Part shown: piece by piece, positions 20,133 to 29,198 of the stretch
Layout of the letters: each line of letters begins with the position of its first letter
Numbering within the stretch: the stretch's first letter is position 1
NCBI GenBank assembly: GCA_965219095.1
Contig: CBDCMT010000001.1
Coordinates: 992,001 to 1,056,000, forward strand
Length of the DNA stretch: 64,000 nt
From: Bdellovibrionales bacterium
GTDB lineage: Bacteria > Bdellovibrionota > Bdellovibrionia > Bdellovibrionales > UBA1609
Reading direction: 5' to 3'
Position numbers and translations under genes: made by a program
The notes under the pieces: generated by a model
What the model saw: only the letters and a program-made list of their open reading frames with translations
What the model was told of the DNA's origin: nothing
The model's database searches: none

Positions 20133-22505
20133 ATGAACTTTAAAACCTTCTTGTTTGCTTTAAGCTTTTCAGTTTTTTTCTCATTCTCGCAGTCCACTTT
20201 TTCACAAACTCATGTGAGTTCAGACCAACTCACCGAAGCTATCAAAGAAGCTCGCCTCACAAATCCAGAACTTCGGTACATCAAAAACTTAGCTAAAAGA
20301 ATGGGAGTCCGGGTCTGGCTTTTGGGAGGATCAGCCTCCAGCTTAGCTTACTATGTGAAAAAGGATCTAGAACGAAAGAAAGATAAGAACAAGGGCTGGT
20401 TTAAACCCCAAAAAGAACATTTCGATTACGACTACACAAAGATCTTTTTTCCCACTCAGGATATAGATTTAGTCGTAGAAGGGGGGTCAGAGGAAAAAGT
20501 CTCAAGGCTAGAAGAAGAAATCTCTAAAAAGTTTCCCTACTTTCAAGGAAATAGCAATAAAAGTGCTTGGGAGGTAAGGCCTTTAAGAGAATCAAGAGGT
20601 CCAAAGGCACCTTTATTGGAAGGAGATGTATTAAAACAGCATACCGATTCTTATTCTGTGATGATGATAGAACTGAGCGAATCTAAAGATCCTGTAGTAA
20701 GAAGCATCAAGGAGTGGGATTCCAGAAACCCTTCCCTTTTAGAAGATCTTCTAAAAGGAGAAATAAGCTATTATGATTCAAAAAATCATAAAGAAACTCA
20801 AAGGTACAACGAGGGTATGAATCCTGAGATCTTTTCAGTCATCCGTTATTTGATTAAAATGTTTCAGTATGAACTAAAGCCTAAAAAAGAAGATTTAGAA
20901 AGGATTAAAGAAATTATAAATGAATTTTCAGCTTCAGAATTAAAAACAGGTTATGCGAAGTTCTGGTGGGAGATGAATGTAAGAAAATTATTTATGCAAA
21001 ATTCTGATCTAGAGAGAACTTGGAGAGTGCTTGATGAATTAGGTTTAAAAGAAAAGCTCATAAGCTTGGGAGGGGATCAAAAGAGAAAAGAAAGTCTTGC
21101 TTTTTGGTTTCATAAAGAGCCTTTAAGAACTAAAAAAATAAGAGAAGGAGAGGGAAGGACAGCTAAGGATCTGGGAATAGAGATCGTATCTCATGAAACA
21201 AGTGATTTTGAAGCTTATGAAATTATAACAAGATCTCTTGAAGGAAAGCCTAATATTTTTATTTCAAGAAAAAATGCTAAGGAGGAGGCTGCAGCATTTG
21301 GAGAGGGCTTGTACACAATGAAAGGGCTAACAGGAAGAGCCGGAACTGGTTTTACGATCCGGTTTCATGTACACCCTGAAGCAAGAGAGGGAGCGGATTT
21401 TGCATTAGATGGTGATATAGTTATTTTTCGCAACAAAGCTGTACTGAGAGTAATTCCTGATAGCTTTAATCTAAGTCTAAATTTCAGAGAATTTTTCGAG
21501 TTTTTGAAAAGAAGTGAAAAAAACTGGGACAATGAAAAAGGCTTGTTAGAAAGGTTAAAAAGAAAAAATCGTGAATTATTAAACAGTAAAGTCAGTGATA
21601 AGGATCTAGATTATGTTTATAAAGAGATTGTTTTAGATTCAATTGAAGGGAAAAATTCTTCATGGGAAGTTATCCTTCAAGAATGGCTTAAAAAATGGCT
21701 TACAATGGATATTTCCTTAAAGGATAAGGAGGTGATGAAAATACTGAAGTATTTGATCAAAGAAGGAGACTCTAGGGTTAGTTCCTATATTTTAGAGCAT
21801 TTGTTATTAAAAGACTTAGTGATTCAAGAATACCATGAGGAATGGATGAAGTTAGTAAAATATGTAATTGAAAGAGGCTTTGGCTCATATATTATAGAGT
21901 TCGTTTTATCAAAAGACTTAGTGATTCAAGAATACCATGAGGAATGGATGAAGTTTATGGAAGTTTTGATGAAAAAACACCACTATAGCGTATATATTTC
22001 AGAGTTCGTTTTATCAAAAGACTTAGTGATTCGAGAATACCATGAGGAATGGATGAAGTTTATAGAAGTTATGATTGAAAAAGGCTATGGCGTAGTACAT
22101 GTTGTGGCTAAAGTTTTATCAAAAAATTTAGTGATTCAAGAATACCATGAGGAATGGATGAAGTTTATGGAAGTTTTGATTAAACACAACTACTATGGCA
22201 AATTTATTTTACGATTCGTTTTATCAAGAGATTTAGTGATTCGAGAATACTATGAGGAATGGATGAAGTTTATGGAAGTTTTGATTAAACGAGACCGTAT
22301 CGCAAGACATCATGTAACCAAGACTTTATTAGACAAGTCAGTAATTGAGAGCCTCCAGAAAGGAAAATTAGCTCAAACTTTGATTGAAAAAGGTATCCTT
22401 ACTAGATCCATAAAAAAAGAGTTAGCTAAAAAAGATACTCAGTGGAAAGAATGGCTTCAAACTACGAGAAGAAAAAAAAGCTTTTTCTGCAAATTTCTTT
22501 TTTAA
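20133..22505 (+). CDS. Secreted multidomain protein: nucleotidyltransferase-like, ADP-ribosyltransferase-like and tandem helical repeat regions
   Basis: Signal peptide MNFKTFLFALSFSVFFSFSQS, then VWLLGGS...DIDLVV, SHET...FGEGLY, and five 34-35 aa repeats. Confidence 0.7.
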   Translation: MNFKTFLFALSFSVFFSFSQSTFSQTHVSSDQLTEAIKEARLTNPELRYIKNLAKRMGVRVWLLGGSASSLAYYVKKDLERKKDKNKGWFKPQKEHFDYDYTKIFFPTQDIDLVVEGGSEEKVSRLEEEISKKFPYFQGNSNKSAWEVRPLRESRGPKAPLLEGDVLKQHTDSYSVMMIELSESKDPVVRSIKEWDSRNPSLLEDLLKGEISYYDSKNHKETQRYNEGMNPEIFSVIRYLIKMFQYELKPKKEDLERIKEIINEFSASELKTGYAKFWWEMNVRKLFMQNSDLERTWRVLDELGLKEKLISLGGDQKRKESLAFWFHKEPLRTKKIREGEGRTAKDLGIEIVSHETSDFEAYEIITRSLEGKPNIFISRKNAKEEAAAFGEGLYTMKGLTGRAGTGFTIRFHVHPEAREGADFALDGDIVIFRNKAVLRVIPDSFNLSLNFREFFEFLKRSEKNWDNEKGLLERLKRKNRELLNSKVSDKDLDYVYKEIVLDSIEGKNSSWEVILQEWLKKWLTMDISLKDKEVMKILKYLIKEGDSRVSSYILEHLLLKDLVIQEYHEEWMKLVKYVIERGFGSYIIEFVLSKDLVIQEYHEEWMKFMEVLMKKHHYSVYISEFVLSKDLVIREYHEEWMKFIEVMIEKGYGVVHVVAKVLSKNLVIQEYHEEWMKFMEVLIKHNYYGKFILRFVLSRDLVIREYYEEWMKFMEVLIKRDRIARHHVTKTLLDKSVIESLQKGKLAQTLIEKGILTRSIKKELAKKDTQWKEWLQTTRRKKSFFCKFLF
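21810..22331 (+). repeat. Five in-frame 102-105 bp tandem repeats (KDLVIQEYHEEWMKF...VLS)
   Basis: Unit starts at 21810, 21912, 22017, 22122 and 22227. Near-identical core ttagtgattc(a/g)agaatac(c/t)atgaggaatggatgaagtt with a variable second half. Confidence 0.95.
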
Positions 22506-22526
22506 AAAAAAATAATCCTGTAATTT

Positions 22527-22601
22527 ACCCAAATTCCACGCTAAAAATGATCACTACTGGTTTTCATTTCTCTGAGAAGTTTTTTGTCAATAGCCTTTAT
22601 G
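22527..22601. repeat. Solo IS1634 end (75 bp)
   Basis: Identical to 23016-23090. Confidence 0.9.
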
Positions 22602-24098
22602 TGTAATAGACGTCTATCAAAAAGTATGTCAAGAAAAAACACTTCTCCATTTACAAAAAATATAAAAAATTTTTTTTGCATACGGTCACGAATATTCTAA
22701 TCATCTAAGAGAAAACTTCCTGCATTTCCTTTCCATTTTTAATGACTCTTCCTTTACACATTGTAAAACAAACATATTCCTATTATGCGTCTATCTGAAC
22801 CTTTTTTAGTTTTAAATCATGAATTTATTCCGAAGATTTAAAACTTTAGATTATAGTAAATTTCAGGAATAGAGGATGTGCTATTCGTTAACATGAACCT
22901 TTTATAAGTATCGCTATTATTAAGCTATCTACCCTCACCTCATAAAGTCATTATTTGTATTGTTACTTACTATGCAAGAAACTTTAAACAGATGATTTTA
23001 TAAGGTTGTTTTATTACCCAAATTCCACGCTAAAAATGATCACTACTGGTTTTCATTTCTCTGAGAAGTTTTTTGTCAATAGCCTTTATGATATTTTCTT
23101 GAATTTTGCTTAGAGCAACTGTTCAAGACATTTGAATTTTTTTCTTTTTATCAGAAAAATAAACTTTGTACAGGTTCTCTAGCTCTTTTAATGCTTGAAT
23201 TGGCGAAATATCCAAATTGTAGAGATGTAACTTTAATACGGAAAGCAGAAGATAAGATAAATAACAAATAAAAACATGAGCCACTACTCTGTTGCAAAGC
23301 CAGTGTCGCACAGGATTTAAATTTGTAACTCCTTTTAAAATTCTGAAAGCTCTTTCTACGACATCTTTATCAAAATAAAGTTTGACCATATCTTTACCAG
23401 AAATATTCTTTGTAGAAAATATACAGGAGTACCCATCAAATTCTTCTGCTTTTTTCAGCTCCCGATCCTTGATCTTTCCTGTGGGAGTTAGATATTTTTT
23501 CAGCCCCTCCTTAATGGACTTGTTTTGAGATAGACAGTTTTGAGCAGCAACTATCTCATCATATCTCGCCTCTCGAATTGCATCCTTTCTTTTATGGTTG
23601 TAGCAGATTGCCAGTTTTCCTTTAACTTGGCCAAATGTATAATTCATGCTTTTAACGTAAAAAGTATTCTTGTTCAAAATTACCCTATTTGAAACGTTTA
23701 CTATAGAACCGGACTTTAAAAAATTTCGTACTGTCTTCTTCTCAACCTCTCTCATAGGAATTCCGCACAATGTATTCCAACCCAATTCCCCTGTAAGAAA
23801 GGTTTTTAGACGATGCTATACCTCGATCATACACCAATAGGCCAGAACGAAGATTGTATTCTGAAAAACTATTAACAAGTGCCGTCAATGTCCTGCTATC
23901 GTGAATGTTACCCTTAAAGGTCTTGTGAAAAACAGGAATCCCTTCTTCTTGAGTTACAGCAAGACCTATCTGAATCAGAGGACTCTTCCTTTTCCCATCT
24001 TTGCTGTACCCTGGGTTACCTAGTTGACATTTACTTCCATAAAAATAAGTGTTAGTAACATCAGACAATTTTATTAGATGATAACTTGTATTCTTTTT

Positions 24099-25621
24099 GG
24101 CTCCTCCCGGGAATCTGTGGGTGAAAAGTAGTAGAAATCCCCCAAAAGAGCTCATATTAATCAAAGTAAGAGTTAAGACATCCTATCTTGTATTTTTGAG
24201 TTCTTTGAGGCTCTTACTGGCCTCTATCACCTCCGGTGATTGAACTCAAAAACATTCATTTTATTTGCTTTTATTTGCTGTGTTACATTAAAATTTTAAA
24301 AAAGAAGCACCTACTTCCCAGATGCCTTAAAATGTTATTCAAAAAAAAAAAAAAAAGGAGGGAAGAGATGCTTTTGAAGACTATACTAAATGATTGTTTA
24401 AGATGGAAGTCTTTTGTATACGGAGACATTTATTTTTCAAAAGATAGAAAGTCAATTAATGTTCCTATTAAGGCTCGTAAAAATGGCCAAGCTTTTTGTA
24501 GTGTTTGTAAGAAGCCCTGTTCAGTGTATGACAGCAGTAAATCATCACGGGACTTTGAATCCCTTCCTATTTTAAGTTACAGGGTGTTTTTTGTTTATTT
24601 TGTAAGAAGAGTTAATTGTCCTTGCTGTGGGGTAAAAGTTGAGTATTTACCTTGGGCCGATGGTAAGAAGAGTTTAACGATCTTTTACATGAAGTATTTA
24701 GCAGACTGGTGTCGTCACCTGTCTTGGAAAGAGGTTTCTTGTAAGTTTCATGTCAGTTGGAATCAGGTCTATGCTTCGGTAGAATGGGTCGTAGAATATG
24801 GTTTAAAACAAAGGGTTTTAAAGGGAATACAAGCTATAGGTGTAGATGAAATACAATGGAAAAAGAACCATCAGTATCTCACCTTAGTCTATGAAATAAG
24901 CAAAGAAAGTGTTCGTTTGCTATGGATAGGAGAAAAAAGAACAGAAAAGAGTTTTAGAAAATTCTTTGATTTACTAGGAGAGAAGTCAAAAGATATACGG
25001 TTTGTGTGTTCTGATATGTGGAAGCCTTATTTAAAAGTCATAAAGGAGAGGGCAAGTGGAGCTTTACACATATTAGATCGGTTTCATATCGTAGCAAGAC
25101 TCAATAAGGCTTTAGACGAAGTGAGAGCTTCAGAACACAAAAAAATGAAAGAAGACGGGTATGAACCCCTTTTAACAAAAGCTAGATGGCCCTTGTTAAA
25201 AAATGCAGAAAATTTAAAATCTTATGAAAAAGTAAAATTAAGGCATTTAATACAGTACAATTTAAAAAGTATCCGCTGTTATCTTTTAAAAGAAGACTTC
25301 CGACAGTTATGGACCTATGTTTCACCAACTTGGGCTGGTAAATTTATAGACAGTTGGACGAGACGAGTCATGCTTTCAAAAATTGAACCTATGAAAAGAA
25401 AAGCAAAAACCATACGAAGACATAAGCTACTTATTCTTAATTACTTCAAGGCTAAAAAAACCTTCTCCTCAGGGATTGTAGAGGGTTTAAACAACAAAGT
25501 AAAACTCACTATGAGAAAATCTTACGGCTTTAGAACCTCTAAAGCTATAAAAATCGCCTTATATCATAACCTTGGAAAACTGCCAGAACCTCCGGGAACC
25601 CACAGATTCTTTTGAGGAGGC
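24099..25621 (+). mobile_element. ISL3-family element, copy 1
   Basis: IRs ggctcctcccgggaatctgtgggt / acccacagattcttttgaggaggc. 8-bp TSD ttcttttt at 24091-24098 and 25622-25629. Confidence 0.95.
24368..25615 (+). CDS. ISL3-family transposase
   Basis: CxxC zinc finger, IGVDE, SDMWKPY, LDRFH and EGLNNKVK...YGFR. RBS ggagg before ATG 24368. Confidence 0.95.
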   Translation: MLLKTILNDCLRWKSFVYGDIYFSKDRKSINVPIKARKNGQAFCSVCKKPCSVYDSSKSSRDFESLPILSYRVFFVYFVRRVNCPCCGVKVEYLPWADGKKSLTIFYMKYLADWCRHLSWKEVSCKFHVSWNQVYASVEWVVEYGLKQRVLKGIQAIGVDEIQWKKNHQYLTLVYEISKESVRLLWIGEKRTEKSFRKFFDLLGEKSKDIRFVCSDMWKPYLKVIKERASGALHILDRFHIVARLNKALDEVRASEHKKMKEDGYEPLLTKARWPLLKNAENLKSYEKVKLRHLIQYNLKSIRCYLLKEDFRQLWTYVSPTWAGKFIDSWTRRVMLSKIEPMKRKAKTIRRHKLLILNYFKAKKTFSSGIVEGLNNKVKLTMRKSYGFRTSKAIKIALYHNLGKLPEPPGTHRFF

Positions 25622-26323
25622 TTCTTTTTTAACATTTTCAAAAATACGTTTCTGCAAAGATGGAGCCTTGGATTCGTTAAGCTGATCGAGAGCTGAAAAA
25701 AGCCTTCTTTCAGTCAGCCCATCTAAGTTTAAAATGCTGTTTAAATCTGTTCGTTCATACCATGATGGCATATTATTGACGCTTCTGTAATCCAAGCAAT
25801 GAGCATAGACCATACTTAGTATTTCATCTGAATAATTGCCAAAAACTTCGGGAAGACCAACTTTTTTTGCAAGGGCATGAAGAACAATCAAGGGACCACT
25901 GATCTTAACTTTATCGAATTGAATGTTCTCGGAAGATATAGAGATAACACGCTTATGATTCACTTCCTTTCCAAGATATCTCAAGTACTTCTGTACGACC
26001 TTGCCCTTGACCCGGACATTTTTCACCTCTGCTAAATAAGTGCTGCCTCCTCTTTTAATCTTCTTTATAAAACTCATAGTAGTTACCATTATGGTAACTA
26101 CTTAAAAATAGAATGGCAAGAGCTTTTCACAGAAAAAAAAGGCAATAACTCCATTTTTACTGGAAAACTTCCATCTTATGGAACTTATCTTACTGTTAGA
26201 GCAATGTAGTGATCATTTTTAGCGTGGAATTTGGGTTTATTATTATTTACATTTTTACGTTCTCCATAAGGTTTATATTTTTTCCCAGACTTGAAAACAC
26301 CTAAAGTTAAAGCTGCAATTCTT

Positions 26324-26735
26324 CTAGTTGGTAGCATTTCTAGCAGTGTGTGGTGGTAAATTTTTTTTGATCAATTCTTCATAAAAATCATTAAATTCAT
26401 TGTTATTTCCTATAACTGAGAGTGCAGCTATCTTAAAAACACTTTTCATTTGTGGGCAAAACCTAGACTTCTTAGTTCCATAAGACCTTCCACTACTCAT
26501 TTTATGTAGCTTTACAAGTCCGCAGTCCACTCCACCAGGAATTACGTTTAAATTGGTGAGGCACTACAACCCTGGCTACAATCTTGATAGCCTTGATAGA
26601 ACCAATTCCTGGAATGCTACTAAGATTTCTAATATCTTTGTGTTTTTTACTTAGCCTCTTAAACTCTGCTTCATAACGTGCTTTCTCCTCCCCATAAGAA
26701 CTGATAGCTTTATCTAAGCCTTCTAGAACAAATAT
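26324..26735 (-). pseudogene. IS110-family transposase C-terminal relic
   Basis: Minus strand reads LSSIPGIGSIKAIKIVA, then CGL...SSGRSYG in a shifted frame (Transposase_20-like). Confidence 0.65.
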
Positions 26736-27214
26736 AATCGGCCAAAAGAGATCTGCTATGTTGTTGGAATCAGTAAAAAATAAATAAATATAAATAACTT
26801 ATCTATTACTGTAAGCACCTTGATTTTCCTGAAACTTCTCGATAGTACCTACATTTTAATTATTGATCACCTACAGATCACACATAAAATTAAGAAAATA
26901 ATTTTATATGAGGAGTTCAAAAATTGTTAGAGGTATCCCTTGAAAATTGGAATCAAAGACAAAAGCTTAGCTTGCGCCATATAAATAATACTCTTCATTC
27001 GTGAGATCATAAGCATCATTTAGATCAGAAATAGATCAGAAAGTCGTATTTGATTGAGTGTTTTCTTTCAATAGAAGCGAGCTTGTAAATTAAATTGTGT
27101 AACTGATTTTTTTATTTTAAATTTTACCCTCGGTAAATCATCTATGAAAAAGCTAAACGAAATCACTATAATAAAGCAAACAGTAAGGTAAAGCAATGGC
27201 TTTAAATTAGACCC

Positions 27215-27508
27215 TCAATAGTCATAAGGGACATCGTAAATTGATTTTGGTTTTCTTCTGTTTCTCCATGAGTTACCCTTATCATAGGGATCATTATTTG
27301 GTCCATAAAGCCTTGGTCGGTTATAGGAGTCTTGATAGCGACCATCTCCGCCCAATCTTCCACCTGGTCTTACATCAGCAGCTCTTCCTCCGCACCTTTT
27401 TCCAAGAGAATCGGTTTGCCAAGAATAATCGCAATTGCCAGAAACAGCATCAAGTGGTATAAATGCTAAAAATAACCCTATAGCAATAGATGAAAAAGTT
27501 TTCTTCAT
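27215..27508 (-). CDS. Small secreted protein with C-x12-C (GKRCGGRAA..RPGG) motif
   Basis: RBS aaggag before ATG 27508 (MKKTFSSIAIGLFLAF signal peptide). The longer ORF call is probably over-extended. Confidence 0.75.
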   Translation of the reverse strand: MKKTFSSIAIGLFLAFIPLDAVSGNCDYSWQTDSLGKRCGGRAADVRPGGRLGGDGRYQDSYNRPRLYGPNNDPYDKGNSWRNRRKPKSIYDVPYDY

Positions 27509-27763
27509 AAAATTCTCCTTCCTTAAAAGAAGTATAACACAAAGCTTATGCTTTTCATAAGAAAAATTTGATCTGTAAAATAATGATACACTTGTAAAAG
27601 AAAATAAAAACCTAATAAACCTACTCCAAGTTCTAACGTCAAATATATTCATCAACATCTAGATGATAATATTCCTAATTTACTTGGCGAAGCAAAATTT
27701 TATATAAATCCATGTTATCATGGAGCTATGCAAGTTAAATTTTACACTGGAGCAAGTTAATTT

Positions 27764-28081
27764 ATGAATAGAACTTGGAATACCAAAAGAAATGGAAAAA
27801 ACTTCTCAAAAGAAGAGGAGCTTATAATCTGGAAAAAAGCTACGGCTATTCTTGGACATGATCCCTATGTAGTTCGCCAAGATAAATGTGGAGCAATGAT
27901 TGATTTCAATGAATACGGAAATACTTCATCAAAATACGGCTGGGAAATCGATCATATTGTGCCAGTTTCAAAAGGTGGGGGTGATGAACTTAAAAATCTT
28001 CAACCACTTCAATGGCAAAATAACCGATCTAAAGGTGATGATCCTGACGATCCATCTCAATACTGCAGAGTCACAAGCTGA
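27764..28081 (+). CDS. HNH endonuclease
   Basis: WEIDHIVPVSKGGGDELKNLQPLQWQNNRSKG motif. Confidence 0.9.
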   Translation: MNRTWNTKRNGKNFSKEEELIIWKKATAILGHDPYVVRQDKCGAMIDFNEYGNTSSKYGWEIDHIVPVSKGGGDELKNLQPLQWQNNRSKGDDPDDPSQYCRVTS

Positions 28082-28229
28082 GTAAAAATCCTAATCCAAT
28101 AAGCAATAAGTCAAAATCTCCGTGAAAAAGACTAAACTCATTAAAATGACTTGTTTTTTAGGGTTTTTTGGATTAAAATAATAATTGCAAGAAAGTTAAA
28201 AAACACATGCAGTAAAAAAAGGAGAAGAA

Positions 28230-29186
28230 ATGGCAACGGCAGAACAAATTAAAACTTTAATAAAATCACATCTTCATAATGAAAATGATCGTTTTTTAAC
28301 AACAGCATTACAGTTAGCTGCTTATGAAGCTCATAGGGGACATACAACGCTTGCTCGCGAAATCCGTTCTATTATAGATGATAAAAAGGTATCTCAGATT
28401 AAAGTTGTTTCTTTTCAAAGAGATTTAAGTGAGTTTGTTATTTCATCAGAACCAAAAACTAGGCTTGTAGATATTATCTTAAAACTAAATCTTAGAAAAA
28501 GAGTAGATAAAGTTCTTAAAGAATATTATCAAAAACATAAGCTTTTGAAACATGGAATGACAAATAGAAGAAAAGTTTTATTGGCAGGTCCTCCTGGAAC
28601 AGGAAAAACAATGACTGCGTCTGTTATCGCAGGAGAATTGAAACTCCCTCTTCATACGATACAGATGGATAAAATTGTGACTAAGTTTATGGGAGAAACA
28701 AGTGCTAAGTTGAGACAGGTTTTTGACACTATTGAGGAATCTATAGGTGTTTTTCTTTTCGATGAATTTGATGCTATTGGCTCTGAAAGAGGAAGGGAAA
28801 ATGACGTTGGCGAAATGAGAAGAGTTCTAAATTCTTTTTTACAGTTTATTGAGAGCGATAATTCTAAAAGCATTATCATTGCAGCTACAAACAACATGAA
28901 ACTCCTTGATCAAGCTCTTTTCCGTAGATTTGATGATATTTTGTATTACAACCTGCCAACTGAAGAAGAAACTATGAAATTAATAGAAAACAGACTGGCA
29001 TCATTTCTTGGAAATCTTAAAGCAGAACATCTTGTCGCTGAAACAAAAAGCCTAAGTCATGCAGAGATCGTTCAAGCTTGCTATGATGCTGTGAAAGAAG
29101 CTATTTTAGAGGACAAAACAACTGTATCAAAGAGCCTTATCTTTCAGATGTTTTCTGATAGAAGGTCAGCTTACAGCAGAAAGTAG
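28230..29186 (+). CDS. ietA: AAA+ ATPase, IetA-like
   Basis: GPPGTGKT, LFDEFD, AATN and LFRRFD motifs. Lies 12 nt upstream of an S8 protease. Confidence 0.8.
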   Translation: MATAEQIKTLIKSHLHNENDRFLTTALQLAAYEAHRGHTTLAREIRSIIDDKKVSQIKVVSFQRDLSEFVISSEPKTRLVDIILKLNLRKRVDKVLKEYYQKHKLLKHGMTNRRKVLLAGPPGTGKTMTASVIAGELKLPLHTIQMDKIVTKFMGETSAKLRQVFDTIEESIGVFLFDEFDAIGSERGRENDVGEMRRVLNSFLQFIESDNSKSIIIAATNNMKLLDQALFRRFDDILYYNLPTEEETMKLIENRLASFLGNLKAEHLVAETKSLSHAEIVQACYDAVKEAILEDKTTVSKSLIFQMFSDRRSAYSRK

Positions 29187-29198
29187 CTTTAATAATTT

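Larger units (their letters stand above)
23030..26089 (-). pseudogene. IS1634 transposase (ISL3 insertion, frameshifts, in-frame TGA)
   Basis: Pieces 25559-26089, 23742-24164 and 23123-23785 are collinear with the transposase at 42-1287. Confidence 0.88.
23016..26236 (-). mobile_element. IS1634-family element interrupted by ISL3
   Basis: 31-bp perfect IR acccaaattccacgctaaaaatgatcactac at both ends, with flanking ttatt direct repeat. Exact terminal base is uncertain by 1 nt. Confidence 0.9.

Noticed and set aside
21810..22331. CRISPR-like alternation of conserved and variable DNA
   Set aside because: Units are multiples of 3 (102/105 bp) inside a long ORF, the variable parts are partly homologous, and no cas genes are present. 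It is a protein repeat.
23123..23125. TGA recoding (alternative genetic code)
   Set aside because: In-frame TGAs occur only in decayed IS genes, and intact genes use TGA as a normal stop in overlaps with the next start codon.
24236..24367. N-terminal extension of the ISL3 transposase (459 aa)
   Set aside because: It is in frame only with the A16 tract of copy 1. The RBS and the other copies support ATG 24368.
26324..26735. Functional IS110 bridge-RNA recombinase
   Set aside because: Only a frameshifted C-terminal fragment remains. No N-terminal DEDD domain and no recognisable ncRNA.
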